A DNA stretch of 64,000 nucleotides from Pseudomonadota bacterium (GTDB taxonomy: Bacteria; Pseudomonadota; Gammaproteobacteria; Steroidobacterales; Rariloculaceae): NCBI GenBank assembly GCA_036337035.1, contig JAYZFC010000002.1:16138-80137 (forward strand). Reading direction: 5' to 3'. Under the pieces are notes generated by a model that worked only from the letters and a program-made list of their open reading frames with translations, was not told the origin of the DNA and ran no database searches. A program made the position numbers and the translations under genes. Positions 55,571-64,000 of this stretch are shown piece after piece (within the stretch, counting starts at the first letter, position 1; every line of letters begins with the position of its first letter).

Positions 55571-56560
55571 ATGACAAATAAATTTAAAGTTGTACTTACT
55601 GACTATGTTTGGGAGTCTATAGAAATAGAAAAAAATATCTTAGGCGATGTTGCAGATATAGTTGCCTTACAGGTAGCTGATACAAATTCTTTTTTTCCCG
55701 AATCAGAAAATTGTGATGCTCTTCTTAATACTTATGCTGGACCAATAACAGAAGAAGTAATGCTAAAAATGCCAAATTGTAAAATTATAGCTCGGTATGG
55801 AATTGGAGTAGATACAATTGACCTGAAAGCAGCCACTAAGGCAGGGATCATAGTGACTAATAATCCTACTTACTGTATTGAAGAAGTTGCTGAACATACT
55901 ATTGCTATGCTTTTATCGTCAGCAAGAAAGATTTCTTTCTACGATAGGACGGTTAGAAATGGTGAATGGGCAGTTCCTCCAGGAAAACCAATTTATAGGA
56001 TAGCAGGAAGTACTTTAGGTCTCATTGGTTACGGAAATATTGCTAGGAGAGTAGCTACAGCTGCTAAAGGTCTAGAGATGAATGTAATTTATTCAGATCC
56101 TTTTGTTGAAGAAGGTCAATTTGAAACGCCTGGGAAAAAAGTTGAAATGTCAGAGTTATTAGCTAATTCCGACTTCATATGTATACACGCTCCATTAATT
56201 GATCAAACACGATATATGATTAATGAAAATGCATTTTCGCAAATGAAAAATTCAGCTATTGTTATTAATTGCTCTAGAGGGCCAATTATTCATACTGAAG
56301 ATCTGATAAATGCTCTAGATAATAATAAAATATCTGGTTGTGCATTAGATACAACAGATCCAGAGCCCTTACCAGAAAAGCATGCTCTAAGAAATAGAGA
56401 AAATGTAATTATAAATCCTCATGCAGCTTGGTATAGCGAGCAAGCAATGGTTAGATTGCAAGAAGGAGCGCCTAATGAAGTTCTAATGGCTCTAACTGGA
56501 AAGTGGCCAAATAATGTAGTAAATAAAGAGGTTAAAAATAATAATAGAGCAGGTATATGA
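55571..56560 (+). CDS. D-isomer-specific 2-hydroxyacid dehydrogenase family protein
   Basis: 329 aa. NAD motif GLIGYGNIARRVA and catalytic contexts INCSRGPII, ALDTTDPEP, NPHAAWYS. Confidence 0.85.
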   Translation: MTNKFKVVLTDYVWESIEIEKNILGDVADIVALQVADTNSFFPESENCDALLNTYAGPITEEVMLKMPNCKIIARYGIGVDTIDLKAATKAGIIVTNNPTYCIEEVAEHTIAMLLSSARKISFYDRTVRNGEWAVPPGKPIYRIAGSTLGLIGYGNIARRVATAAKGLEMNVIYSDPFVEEGQFETPGKKVEMSELLANSDFICIHAPLIDQTRYMINENAFSQMKNSAIVINCSRGPIIHTEDLINALDNNKISGCALDTTDPEPLPEKHALRNRENVIINPHAAWYSEQAMVRLQEGAPNEVLMALTGKWPNNVVNKEVKNNNRAGI

Positions 56561-56565
56561 AACGC

Positions 56566-57459
56566 TTAATTATTTTTTAATTTTTTTACTATCTCATAAA
56601 CTGCTGCCGTATCCTCACTTCCTAAGCCTTCTTCTAGAGCCTTGCTATATATATCTTTAGCTGCTTCAAAGGTTGGCGAGATTAAATCATGATTATCTAT
56701 AAAATTAGAGATAAGTTCCATATCCTTTTTCCAAATATCAATTTTCATGGTAGCAGGCTTGTATTTACCCTTAACCATCATTGGTGCCCTCATTTCAAAC
56801 ATTCTAGAACTTCCTGCTCCTGAACCAATGATGTCACATATAGTATGAGGATCTAATCCTCCTTTCAGACCTAAGGATATGGCTTCTGCTGCTACAACAT
56901 TATGGACATGGACTAATAAATTAGCTATTAACTTCATCTTAGTTCCATTTCCATATTCTCCTAGAAAATATTGTACTCTAGAAAATCCTTTAAAAATATC
57001 TAGAAAATTATTATAGCCTTCTTCATCACCACTTGCGTAAATTGCTAAATCACGATCTAATGCTTGAGCGCCTGTTCCGCTTAACGGACAATCAAGCATC
57101 ACAATATTATTTCTTAATAAAATATTATAGCTTTCCTGTTTAGAAGTAATAGGAAAAGTGCTTAATTCAGCAACTAAGATCTTTCTATCTTTTATACTAT
57201 TCGATTGAATTATTTGTTGAGAAAAAAAATCTAAAGCCTCAACTGTAGGTAAGCTAGTTAAAATATAATCTGCCTTTTGAGAAATTTCATCAATAGATTT
57301 AACTATCTTAACTCCATAAGCCTCAGCTTTCTTCAGCTGATTTAAAGCTATATCAAAACCAAAAACCGTAAAACCAGACTTAACTAAATTTTGAGATATG
57401 GCGCCTCCCATTATCCCTAAACCTACAACTCCAACATATTTAGATCTATCTATATTCAT
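56566..57459 (-). CDS. 3-hydroxyisobutyrate/6-phosphogluconate-dehydrogenase-like NAD(P) oxidoreductase
   Basis: 297 aa. N-terminal VGVVGLGIMGGAISQNL, and a mid-protein GNGTKMKLIANLL block typical of the HIBADH family. Confidence 0.85.
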   Translation of the reverse strand: MNIDRSKYVGVVGLGIMGGAISQNLVKSGFTVFGFDIALNQLKKAEAYGVKIVKSIDEISQKADYILTSLPTVEALDFFSQQIIQSNSIKDRKILVAELSTFPITSKQESYNILLRNNIVMLDCPLSGTGAQALDRDLAIYASGDEEGYNNFLDIFKGFSRVQYFLGEYGNGTKMKLIANLLVHVHNVVAAEAISLGLKGGLDPHTICDIIGSGAGSSRMFEMRAPMMVKGKYKPATMKIDIWKKDMELISNFIDNHDLISPTFEAAKDIYSKALEEGLGSEDTAAVYEIVKKLKNN

Positions 57460-57463
57460 TAAA

Positions 57464-58441
57464 TTATTTACTTACTCTTATTGAGTTAACCAACTTACTA
57501 TAATCAATTGATTGTTGTTGTCTTACCTCTTCATAATCAACGCCGTCCATATACTCAACATTTTCACCCATCTGTCTCATGGTATCAATGTAGCGCTGAT
57601 CGTTTTGTAGCTCCTTTAATGCTTTTCTCACTTTTAATAGTCTATCTTTTGGCATTTCAATTGGCGCCATAACTATTCTATGAATAAAACCAGTTGTTGC
57701 TGACAAACCAATCTCAGTAAATGATGGAACATTGGCAATTTGTCTTTCTTGCCCAGCAGTGGCAAGAATCCTTATTCTTCCTGACTTAACATCTTCAGCT
57801 ACAGTAGCTGGAAAAGCCATAGAAATATCAACATCTCCCGACAGAAGTGCTGCTTTAGCTGGACCGCCACCTCTATAAGGAATCATCCTAAATCTAAGAT
57901 CTAAGTTTTGCATTATCTCCCATTCTGGAACAAATAATGCTGCCCAAAGACCGCTATGGGAAATTCTTAATTTACCAGGTCGAAGCTTTGCATCACTCTC
58001 AACATCATCCCATGTTTTATAAGGCCCATCTCCTCTAACAATAATTGCAATCTGTCCATAATTTATTCTAGCAACCGGAACTAAATCCTCATTAGTATCA
58101 TAATGATCATTAGGGAAGGTAAACTGATGTAGTTGGTCACGATAATTATCTGTAAAAACTAAAGTATAGCCATCTGGTACTGATCTAATTGCCTCCAAAG
58201 TACCCTTCTGACCAGCCTGTCCAGGAACTAACTTTATTAACATTTGCTGGCCTAAATAATCAGAGAGGTAACTAGTAAAAACTCTAGCAGTTAAATCATT
58301 AGAACCGCCAGCTGCATAAGGTGTAATTAAAGTTATTGGTTTCTCTGGGTAATCAGCATTTAAAGAACCAACAAAAAAATTACTCAAAAAAAATAAAAGA
58401 ATAGGGCATAACTTAAAAAAATATTTAAAACTAATTTTCAT
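57464..58441 (-). CDS. tctC: Tripartite tricarboxylate transporter substrate-binding protein (Bug family)
   Basis: 325 aa. Signal ending GSLNA/D. YPEKPITLITPYAAGGSND. One-nt overlap with the tctA stop. Confidence 0.85.
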   Translation of the reverse strand: MKISFKYFFKLCPILLFFLSNFFVGSLNADYPEKPITLITPYAAGGSNDLTARVFTSYLSDYLGQQMLIKLVPGQAGQKGTLEAIRSVPDGYTLVFTDNYRDQLHQFTFPNDHYDTNEDLVPVARINYGQIAIIVRGDGPYKTWDDVESDAKLRPGKLRISHSGLWAALFVPEWEIMQNLDLRFRMIPYRGGGPAKAALLSGDVDISMAFPATVAEDVKSGRIRILATAGQERQIANVPSFTEIGLSATTGFIHRIVMAPIEMPKDRLLKVRKALKELQNDQRYIDTMRQMGENVEYMDGVDYEEVRQQQSIDYSKLVNSIRVSK

Positions 58442-59937
58442 TAATTTGATGCCCTCTTTCTAAATCGATTCATCCTAATTCCTAAAAAAGTACCTATTAA
58501 TGGAGTTAAAATCAATATTATAGTCATACCAATTCTTTCATTTAATGCAAAGCTGATCCAATCACTTCCTGCTAGAGCTAAAGTTTGTCCAAAAGTATAT
58601 TCTAGTTCTCTCCCTAGAATAAATCCCATAACCATAGGAGCAACATCAAATTTAGATTCCCTAGCTGCTATCCCTACTAAGCCGAACAATATCAAAGTTA
58701 ATATATCGAAAGGATTAGACCTCGCTAAATAAGTTCCTGCAAAAGCAAGCATTATAGTAATAGGAATTAAAAGTGATTTTTTTATTGTTACAATTCGTGC
58801 AAAAAATGGAATAGTAATATAGCCAATCATTAAAAATAAAAAATTAGCTAAAACCATTGCAATTAATATAGCGAAAACTATATCTCCACTTGATTCTAAT
58901 AAAGTTGGACCAGGTCTTAGTCCTTGCATCATAAAGGCACCTAGCAATAAAGCAGTTACAGCATCTCCTGGTATTCCCAGAGTTAATAAAGGGACCATAG
59001 TTGGTCCATTAACTGCATTATTTGCTGCCTCAGCAGCTGCAACTCCATTGAGCTCTCCTTTACCAAACTTCTCAGGTTGGCTTGACGAATTCTTAGCAGC
59101 AATATATCCCATCATTGCAGCTATTGGTTGGCCGAGACCAGGAATGATTCCTATACCAGTACCAATAAAAGTAGACCTAAAGATTGTTTTAAGAGATTTT
59201 TTTAATTCATTTAATCCAAGTTTATCGCCAATAAATTTTGATACCTTCTCTCTTGATATATCGCCTTCTTTAGCAGCACCAAAAATTTCAGGCAACGCAA
59301 AAAGACCAATTAATATTGGAATTAAATGAAAACCGTCATAAAGTTCTGAAGTGCCAAAAGTATATCTTGGCATTGAAGAAAATGGATCTGCTCCTATAAA
59401 GCCAACCCATATCCCTATACCAAGCATTATCAATCCCTTTATAACTGGACCAGTAGCAGTAACAGCAATAATAACTAAGCTTAAAAACATTACTGATGCT
59501 ATTTCAGGTGGGCCAAAGCTTAGAACTAAAGCAGCAACTGGGATAATCATAAAAAGAGTAAAAAGATCGCTAAAAAGATCTGATATCGCTGAAGCAAATA
59601 GACTCATTTCTAACGCTTTTCTAGGTTGGCCCTTTCTAGTTAATGCATATCCATCTTGGACTGTGGCTATCGAAGCTCCAGTACCCGGCATAGAAATTAA
59701 TATAGCTGGAACACTACCTCCATATATACCTCCTTTATATACTCCTATTAAAAAAGGAATACCTATTAAGGGATCGCCTACAATAAAAGATATTGGTACT
59801 AGTACCGACATACCCATAGATGTTGTGAAACCAGGTAGAGAACCCATAAGCATACCTAATAACAGGCCTCCGCTTATCCAAATAAAAGTATCAATCCTTA
59901 GTGCTAATTCTAACCCTGTAATTAAATTCTCAATCAT
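58441..59937 (-). CDS. tctA: Tripartite tricarboxylate transporter large permease
   Basis: 498 aa, polytopic. LGMLMGSLPGFTTSMGM, MPGTGASIAT, LTLGIPGDAVTALL. Confidence 0.9.
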   Translation of the reverse strand: MIENLITGLELALRIDTFIWISGGLLLGMLMGSLPGFTTSMGMSVLVPISFIVGDPLIGIPFLIGVYKGGIYGGSVPAILISMPGTGASIATVQDGYALTRKGQPRKALEMSLFASAISDLFSDLFTLFMIIPVAALVLSFGPPEIASVMFLSLVIIAVTATGPVIKGLIMLGIGIWVGFIGADPFSSMPRYTFGTSELYDGFHLIPILIGLFALPEIFGAAKEGDISREKVSKFIGDKLGLNELKKSLKTIFRSTFIGTGIGIIPGLGQPIAAMMGYIAAKNSSSQPEKFGKGELNGVAAAEAANNAVNGPTMVPLLTLGIPGDAVTALLLGAFMMQGLRPGPTLLESSGDIVFAILIAMVLANFLFLMIGYITIPFFARIVTIKKSLLIPITIMLAFAGTYLARSNPFDILTLILFGLVGIAARESKFDVAPMVMGFILGRELEYTFGQTLALAGSDWISFALNERIGMTIILILTPLIGTFLGIRMNRFRKRASN

Positions 59938-59939
59938 AT

Positions 59940-60470
59940 CTATACTGTAGGTAGATTTTGTAAAATGGGGTTAAGCAATTTTTGTATAAAGTCTATTTCT
60001 GGTAGCTGGGTCCTTAATACATGTGTAACCAATATATAAAAAGTTATAGGAATAAAAATACTCATTATAATAATTTGAAATATATTTCTATTGCCTAATA
60101 AAATTGACGTAAAAGACATTAAAATAAACATAGTTATTATAAATCCTAACTTAGTTAAGACTAATGCTGAAATAATAGTTAAAATAATAAATAATGTTTG
60201 TCTTAAAAGCTTAGAATCTTCTTCTTTGATCTTTTGATTGGCTGAGTGAAATTTAGAATTGTTTGATAACTCTATATATAAAAAAATAGAAGATACTATA
60301 GAAACTAAAATAAGGATAAGGTTAGGGAACACTCTTGGGTTCATAGCAAGAATATCTTCTCCAAGAAAAATAGGAGTTAAATCTATAAGAGAATTTCTAA
60401 AAAATAGAGCCGTTATAGCCATAAATAAAACAATGGCTGTAAAAATTATATCAGCACGAAATTTAAACAT
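59940..60470 (-). CDS. tctB: Tripartite tricarboxylate transporter small membrane subunit
   Basis: 176 aa, 4-5 TM segments, immediately upstream of tctA (2-nt gap). The assignment rests mainly on position and topology. Confidence 0.65.
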   Translation of the reverse strand: MFKFRADIIFTAIVLFMAITALFFRNSLIDLTPIFLGEDILAMNPRVFPNLILILVSIVSSIFLYIELSNNSKFHSANQKIKEEDSKLLRQTLFIILTIISALVLTKLGFIITMFILMSFTSILLGNRNIFQIIIMSIFIPITFYILVTHVLRTQLPEIDFIQKLLNPILQNLPTV

Positions 60471-60493
60471 CCAACTTCAAAAAAATTAAATGA

Positions 60494-61552
60494 TTATGCA
60501 ACTGCTGTAGATAAATTTAGCTTATTAAGAGGTAGGTCAACTGCCTTATTTGATTCATCTGATAAATCTGCAGCCATATAAACTTCCATTACTCCTTTAG
60601 CATGTTCAGCTGATACCATGACAGGGCGATCAAAACATACTGCCTCTAAATAATGTATAGTCTCATTATGCATTGGACCAGCAAATACATGGCCAAGTGG
60701 CTCACCAGGCATTGAAGACATGGGTAGCTGTATCCCATTATCTAAAGAATTAAAAATTACATCTCTATGAGTATCATCTACAACAAGCATTCCGTCCGTA
60801 CCTAAAACCTCTACCCATGTTCCTGAATAATTTGGGTAACCTGGGGGCATATTCCATCCTGCACCAATGCTCAGAACAACTCCATTATCCATAGTAATAA
60901 GTATCCATTGGGAATCAGCTGAACCAGTTACCTCTTGCATAGCTCCGAAAGCGCTTTGAGAATAGACACGGACAGGCTTAGCTGGCTCCATACACCATAG
61001 AACAAAATCTAAATCATGAGTTGCTTCCATAGCAGCTGGCGATAACTTAACCCTACTACTGATTTTTTTACCTAGGCCTCTTGTTATATGCCTACTTACT
61101 AATGCTGAAACCGGTCTCCCAATCTTATTTTCATCAATACATTTCTTTATATAAGCAAATTTTGGATTAAATCTTTGAGAATACCCAATAGCAAATTTTA
61201 ATTTATTCTTTGAGCTAATTTCTATCAGCTCATCAGCTTCATCCAAGGTTAATGCTAAAGGTTTCTCAAGAAAAACATGCTTTCCTGACTCTAAAGATTC
61301 CTTGGCCATTGGGTAATGGGTTGTTTCTGGTGTAGCTGAAATTATTATTGTATCTAAGTTCTTATTAGAAATAAGCTCTTTATAATCTACTGTTGAGTAT
61401 GTTGGGTGTACCTCTTTTTTAACCTCTTCTAGTCTATCCTGATTTATTTCAGCTATATGCAATTCATTAACTATTGGGCTTGACGAGCAACTATTAGCTC
61501 TTATACCGCCACACCAACCAGTGCCTATAATACCTACATTAATTTTACCCAT
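60494..61552 (-). CDS. Gfo/Idh/MocA family NAD(P)-dependent oxidoreductase
   Basis: 352 aa. Rossmann VGIIGTGWCGGIR and EKPLALT. Confidence 0.8.
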   Translation of the reverse strand: MGKINVGIIGTGWCGGIRANSCSSSPIVNELHIAEINQDRLEEVKKEVHPTYSTVDYKELISNKNLDTIIISATPETTHYPMAKESLESGKHVFLEKPLALTLDEADELIEISSKNKLKFAIGYSQRFNPKFAYIKKCIDENKIGRPVSALVSRHITRGLGKKISSRVKLSPAAMEATHDLDFVLWCMEPAKPVRVYSQSAFGAMQEVTGSADSQWILITMDNGVVLSIGAGWNMPPGYPNYSGTWVEVLGTDGMLVVDDTHRDVIFNSLDNGIQLPMSSMPGEPLGHVFAGPMHNETIHYLEAVCFDRPVMVSAEHAKGVMEVYMAADLSDESNKAVDLPLNKLNLSTAVA

Positions 61553-61611
61553 AACAAATCTACTCCAAAAATCTCATAATTTAGTTCAATAATAATTCTA
61601 TCCTAATACAC

Positions 61612-62928
61612 CTACAAGAGTAAATTTGGCAACCATAAAGACAAATTTGGAAAAAGCATTATTAATGAAGCAATTAAAAGTATCATAAGCCAATATGGAA
61701 TTGAGCCTTTAAAAATATCAGATAATGTCACGTCAGGATCAGGCACTGAGGCCTTTACAGTAAACACTAATAAGCCCATTGGAGGGGTCAACAAGCCTGC
61801 TTCAATAACCAATATTCCATAGATTGCAAAAACAATCTCATTAATGCCGGCAGTAGCAGCAATAGGCACAAAGATAGGGACAGTTAATAAAATAATAGAA
61901 ATTGAATCTACTAATGCACCCAAAAGCAACCAGATAACGGTCATAATAATTATTACCATTAATACAGATAAGCCAGTATCTAAAAAAAGAGTCTGTAACA
62001 TATTTATACCGCCACTAACTGCAAGTAGTTTTGCATACATGGAGCCAGCAATCAGAAGAAACATTATTGGAGCAGTTGATCTCCCGGCATTAAAAATAGC
62101 TTCTTTGAATGCTTGGAATCTCATCCCTTTTATAAAACCAAGTATAATGCTGCCAAGAACTCCAAAGCCTGCTGCCTCTGTTGGTGTAAAAACTCCTAAC
62201 CAAATTCCTCCTAAAACTAAAACTATGAGAGAAAAAATTCCTATGGCGCTTACTATTCCTGAATCTTTTGAAGACTGATTATCAAAAGAAAGCTTAGAAT
62301 CTATTATAGGAGCTATAGACGGGTTTCTTATTGCCATAAATACGCAATATAATATAAAGGTTAGTCCTAATAACAAACCTGGGACTACTCCAGCAAAAAA
62401 TAAAGCCCCTACCGAAGCTTCGGTCAGTATAGCCCAAACAATTAATAAAATACTTGGAGGAATAAGCATACCTAAACATCCACAACCAGTTATTACTCCA
62501 AGTGCATATGATTTATCGTATCCTGCTTTTCTCATCTCGGGGTAAGCTATTCGACTAAAAGTTGCAGCTGCAGCTATTGATACTCCTGACACAGCAGCAA
62601 AGGCTGCATTACCGATTACAGTTGCTGCAGCTAACCTTCCAGGAAGGCGTTTTAAGGCCTTATCACAAGTTAAATAAAGATCATTTGCTGCACCAGAACG
62701 ACTTATGATTTCTCCCATCAACATAAATAGTGGAATTACTGCTAAAGTGTTACTCCTAATAGAATCATACGCAGTAGAGCCAAGTACTGACAAAGCTATA
62801 CTTAAATCTCCATAACTCAAGTAAACTCCAATTACACTTGCAATTCCCAAAGAAATACCAATATGTATACCTAAAATCACAAATATAAATAGCATTGCTA
62901 AAGAATAAAAAACTACTTCGGGTCCCAT
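61612..62928 (-). CDS. dctM: TRAP transporter large permease subunit
   Basis: 438 aa, polytopic. IPLFMLMGE and SGVSIAAAATFSRIAYPEM are typical DctM blocks. Confidence 0.9.
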   Translation of the reverse strand: MGPEVVFYSLAMLFIFVILGIHIGISLGIASVIGVYLSYGDLSIALSVLGSTAYDSIRSNTLAVIPLFMLMGEIISRSGAANDLYLTCDKALKRLPGRLAAATVIGNAAFAAVSGVSIAAAATFSRIAYPEMRKAGYDKSYALGVITGCGCLGMLIPPSILLIVWAILTEASVGALFFAGVVPGLLLGLTFILYCVFMAIRNPSIAPIIDSKLSFDNQSSKDSGIVSAIGIFSLIVLVLGGIWLGVFTPTEAAGFGVLGSIILGFIKGMRFQAFKEAIFNAGRSTAPIMFLLIAGSMYAKLLAVSGGINMLQTLFLDTGLSVLMVIIIMTVIWLLLGALVDSISIILLTVPIFVPIAATAGINEIVFAIYGILVIEAGLLTPPMGLLVFTVKASVPDPDVTLSDIFKGSIPYWLMILLIASLIMLFPNLSLWLPNLLL

Positions 62929-62956
62929 AATATTTCTCTAATATATAAATTAATAA

Positions 62957-63472
62957 CTACGCTTCTTGATTGTTAAATTTTGGCTTGCCAGAACAATCAA
63001 GATATAAAATATGTAAATAAACAAAGGCAGAAAATAAAGAAGTCAAAACCACTAAAAATCTAATTGGATATGTTGGAACCCTAAGTGCTCCCTCCCCTTC
63101 GTATTCACTTACACCTAAAGCTTCAATAGCTGGGCCCCAAGCGCTTAAAGCAGTTCCAATAAAAAATATGAAGCCAAAAATATTAGCTATAGATCTTAAT
63201 ATTTTTTTCCAATCATCTCCAACAGAACCCAAAAGCAGAGTTGTACGAATCATTCCATCATTATAAATAGCGAATGGTAGTTGCAAAAAAGTTATAGCTA
63301 CCACTGAATTTTTAATTATCTCAGTAGCACCAAGAAGAGGAAGGCTAAAAAAATATCTGCCCATAACATCTATAAAAATAACTAAGGCTAAAACAATTAC
63401 CCAAAAAGCAGAAATTATATGTATAGTTCTTGTAATTTTTTCTGTCATTATTTTATTTAAACATCTACCCAT
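62957..63472 (-). CDS. dctQ: TRAP transporter small permease subunit
   Basis: 171 aa, four TM segments, immediately upstream of dctM. Confidence 0.75.
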   Translation of the reverse strand: MGRCLNKIMTEKITRTIHIISAFWVIVLALVIFIDVMGRYFFSLPLLGATEIIKNSVVAITFLQLPFAIYNDGMIRTTLLLGSVGDDWKKILRSIANIFGFIFFIGTALSAWGPAIEALGVSEYEGEGALRVPTYPIRFLVVLTSLFSAFVYLHILYLDCSGKPKFNNQEA

Positions 63473-64000
63473 TTTTTTGATTTAACAGATTGAGCAATTG
63501 CTTCAAGAACGGCAACATTCTCTACTCGCTGCTCATTGGTAAATCTATATAGCTTATTATTAATAACTGCATCAGCCCATTCTTCTAAATTAGCTCTAAC
63601 TGGATCTTTAGCGCCAAATGTCTTTGAATGTTGCTTTCCATCCATACCACATGTTATTAAATGCGTTTTACCTCCATGTTGTGGATGTGAATCATCTCTT
63701 GCTTCAATCCACATTTTACTTCCAAAAACCGTAAATCTGCCATAATAAGGGGTAGCTGAAATAGCGCCCAAAAAGCCTGTGGCTCCGTTTTTAAATTTTA
63801 GTTCCACATTGACAATATCACCTGTGGGTAAATCAAGAACTCTCTGAGCTGATTGAGCAGCAAGAGATTCAATCGGTCCAAACATTGAAATAAAAAGATC
63901 AGTTAAATGAACTCCCATGCCAGTCATACCAGCTGCTGGCGCTTCTTCGTGAGATCCTCTCCAATTATCTGACTCTACAGATGCAAAAATACTATGAGAA
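63457..64000 (-). CDS. Gfo/Idh/MocA family oxidoreductase, C-terminal part (5' end beyond window)
   Basis: The frame stays open upstream of the track Met to the window edge (...SHSIFASVESDNWRGSHEEAPAAGMTGMGVHLTD). The C-terminal alpha/beta domain is typical of the family. 16-nt overlap with dctQ. Confidence 0.7.
   Translation of the reverse strand, partial: SHSIFASVESDNWRGSHEEAPAAGMTGMGVHLTDLFISMFGPIESLAAQSAQRVLDLPTGDIVNVELKFKNGATGFLGAISATPYYGRFTVFGSKMWIEARDDSHPQHGGKTHLITCGMDGKQHSKTFGAKDPVRANLEEWADAVINNKLYRFTNEQRVENVAVLEAIAQSVKSKKWVDV

Noticed and set aside
59351-59950. Long antisense shadow ORFs: this 199-aa ORF, plus 59048..59329, 61844..62278, 43068..43451, 16616..16975, 21968..22297, 32189..32518 and about 25 shorter ones in the track
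   Set aside because: All lie wholly inside longer ORFs on the opposite strand that carry clear family motifs. Their translations are low-complexity (Ile/Pro/Lys/Ser-rich) with no recognisable domains. Such shadows are expected in AT-rich DNA with few stop codons in some antisense frames.
1-64000. Search for a selenoprotein gene (in-frame TGA) near the sel machinery
   Set aside because: Coding density leaves no unassigned gap over ~209 nt. Same-strand, same-frame neighbouring ORF pairs that could be one gene split by a stop are separated by TAA, not TGA (5838-5840, 20510-20512, 21951-21953). The TGA stops I checked (2632, 19061, 43594, 44979, 49721) are overlap junctions with the next gene's start. 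I could not run a SECIS or TGA-aware homology search, so this is not proof of absence.

Overview
AT-rich, very gene-dense chromosomal fragment: 52 protein genes (one cut by the window edge), 2 tRNAs, and a longest non-coding gap of about 209 nt. It looks like a streamlined marine Gram-negative, probably proteobacterial, genome; that attribution is inference from TonB receptors, TRAP/TTT transporters and composition. I found no transcription factor, integrase, transposase, phage gene, CRISPR array or rRNA. Four themes stand out. (1) 28-9011: a TonB-dependent receptor with an (Asp-His)7 tract converges on a six-gene operon in which five products carry export signals: VOC, DUF6152-like, NHL propeller, Tat-amidohydrolase and a 688-aa alpha/beta-hydrolase-like protein, plus a cupin without a signal. 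(2) 17088-33772: a sulfatase-rich region. Three tandem sulfatase paralogues have near-identical ends and hypervariable internal blocks and are coupled to a paralogue of the 688-aa protein. Two lipoprotein sulfatases follow, one with a non-canonical C-L-T-T-R maturation motif, then a small (Gly-Met)n secreted protein and a CBM9/DUF5916-like outer-membrane protein. (3) 33758-45704: a selenocysteine-decoding locus. It holds an FAD-oxidoreductase::SelD fusion abutting a 1061-aa membrane spermidine-synthase-like/TPR protein, a TonB receptor, and the string membrane protein-selA-short selB-tRNA-Sec. I could not detect a selenoprotein target gene in the window. (4) 45843-64000: an organic-acid uptake and oxidation array with 2 TTT and 1 partial TRAP system (a complete TRAP system lies at 24761-27599), 3 Gfo/Idh/MocA dehydrogenases, and an M24-like hydrolase next to a truncated PEP-synthase-like kinase and a 2-hydroxyacid dehydrogenase. 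All functional calls come from motif reading by eye, with no database search, so family names recalled from memory are flagged as tentative.
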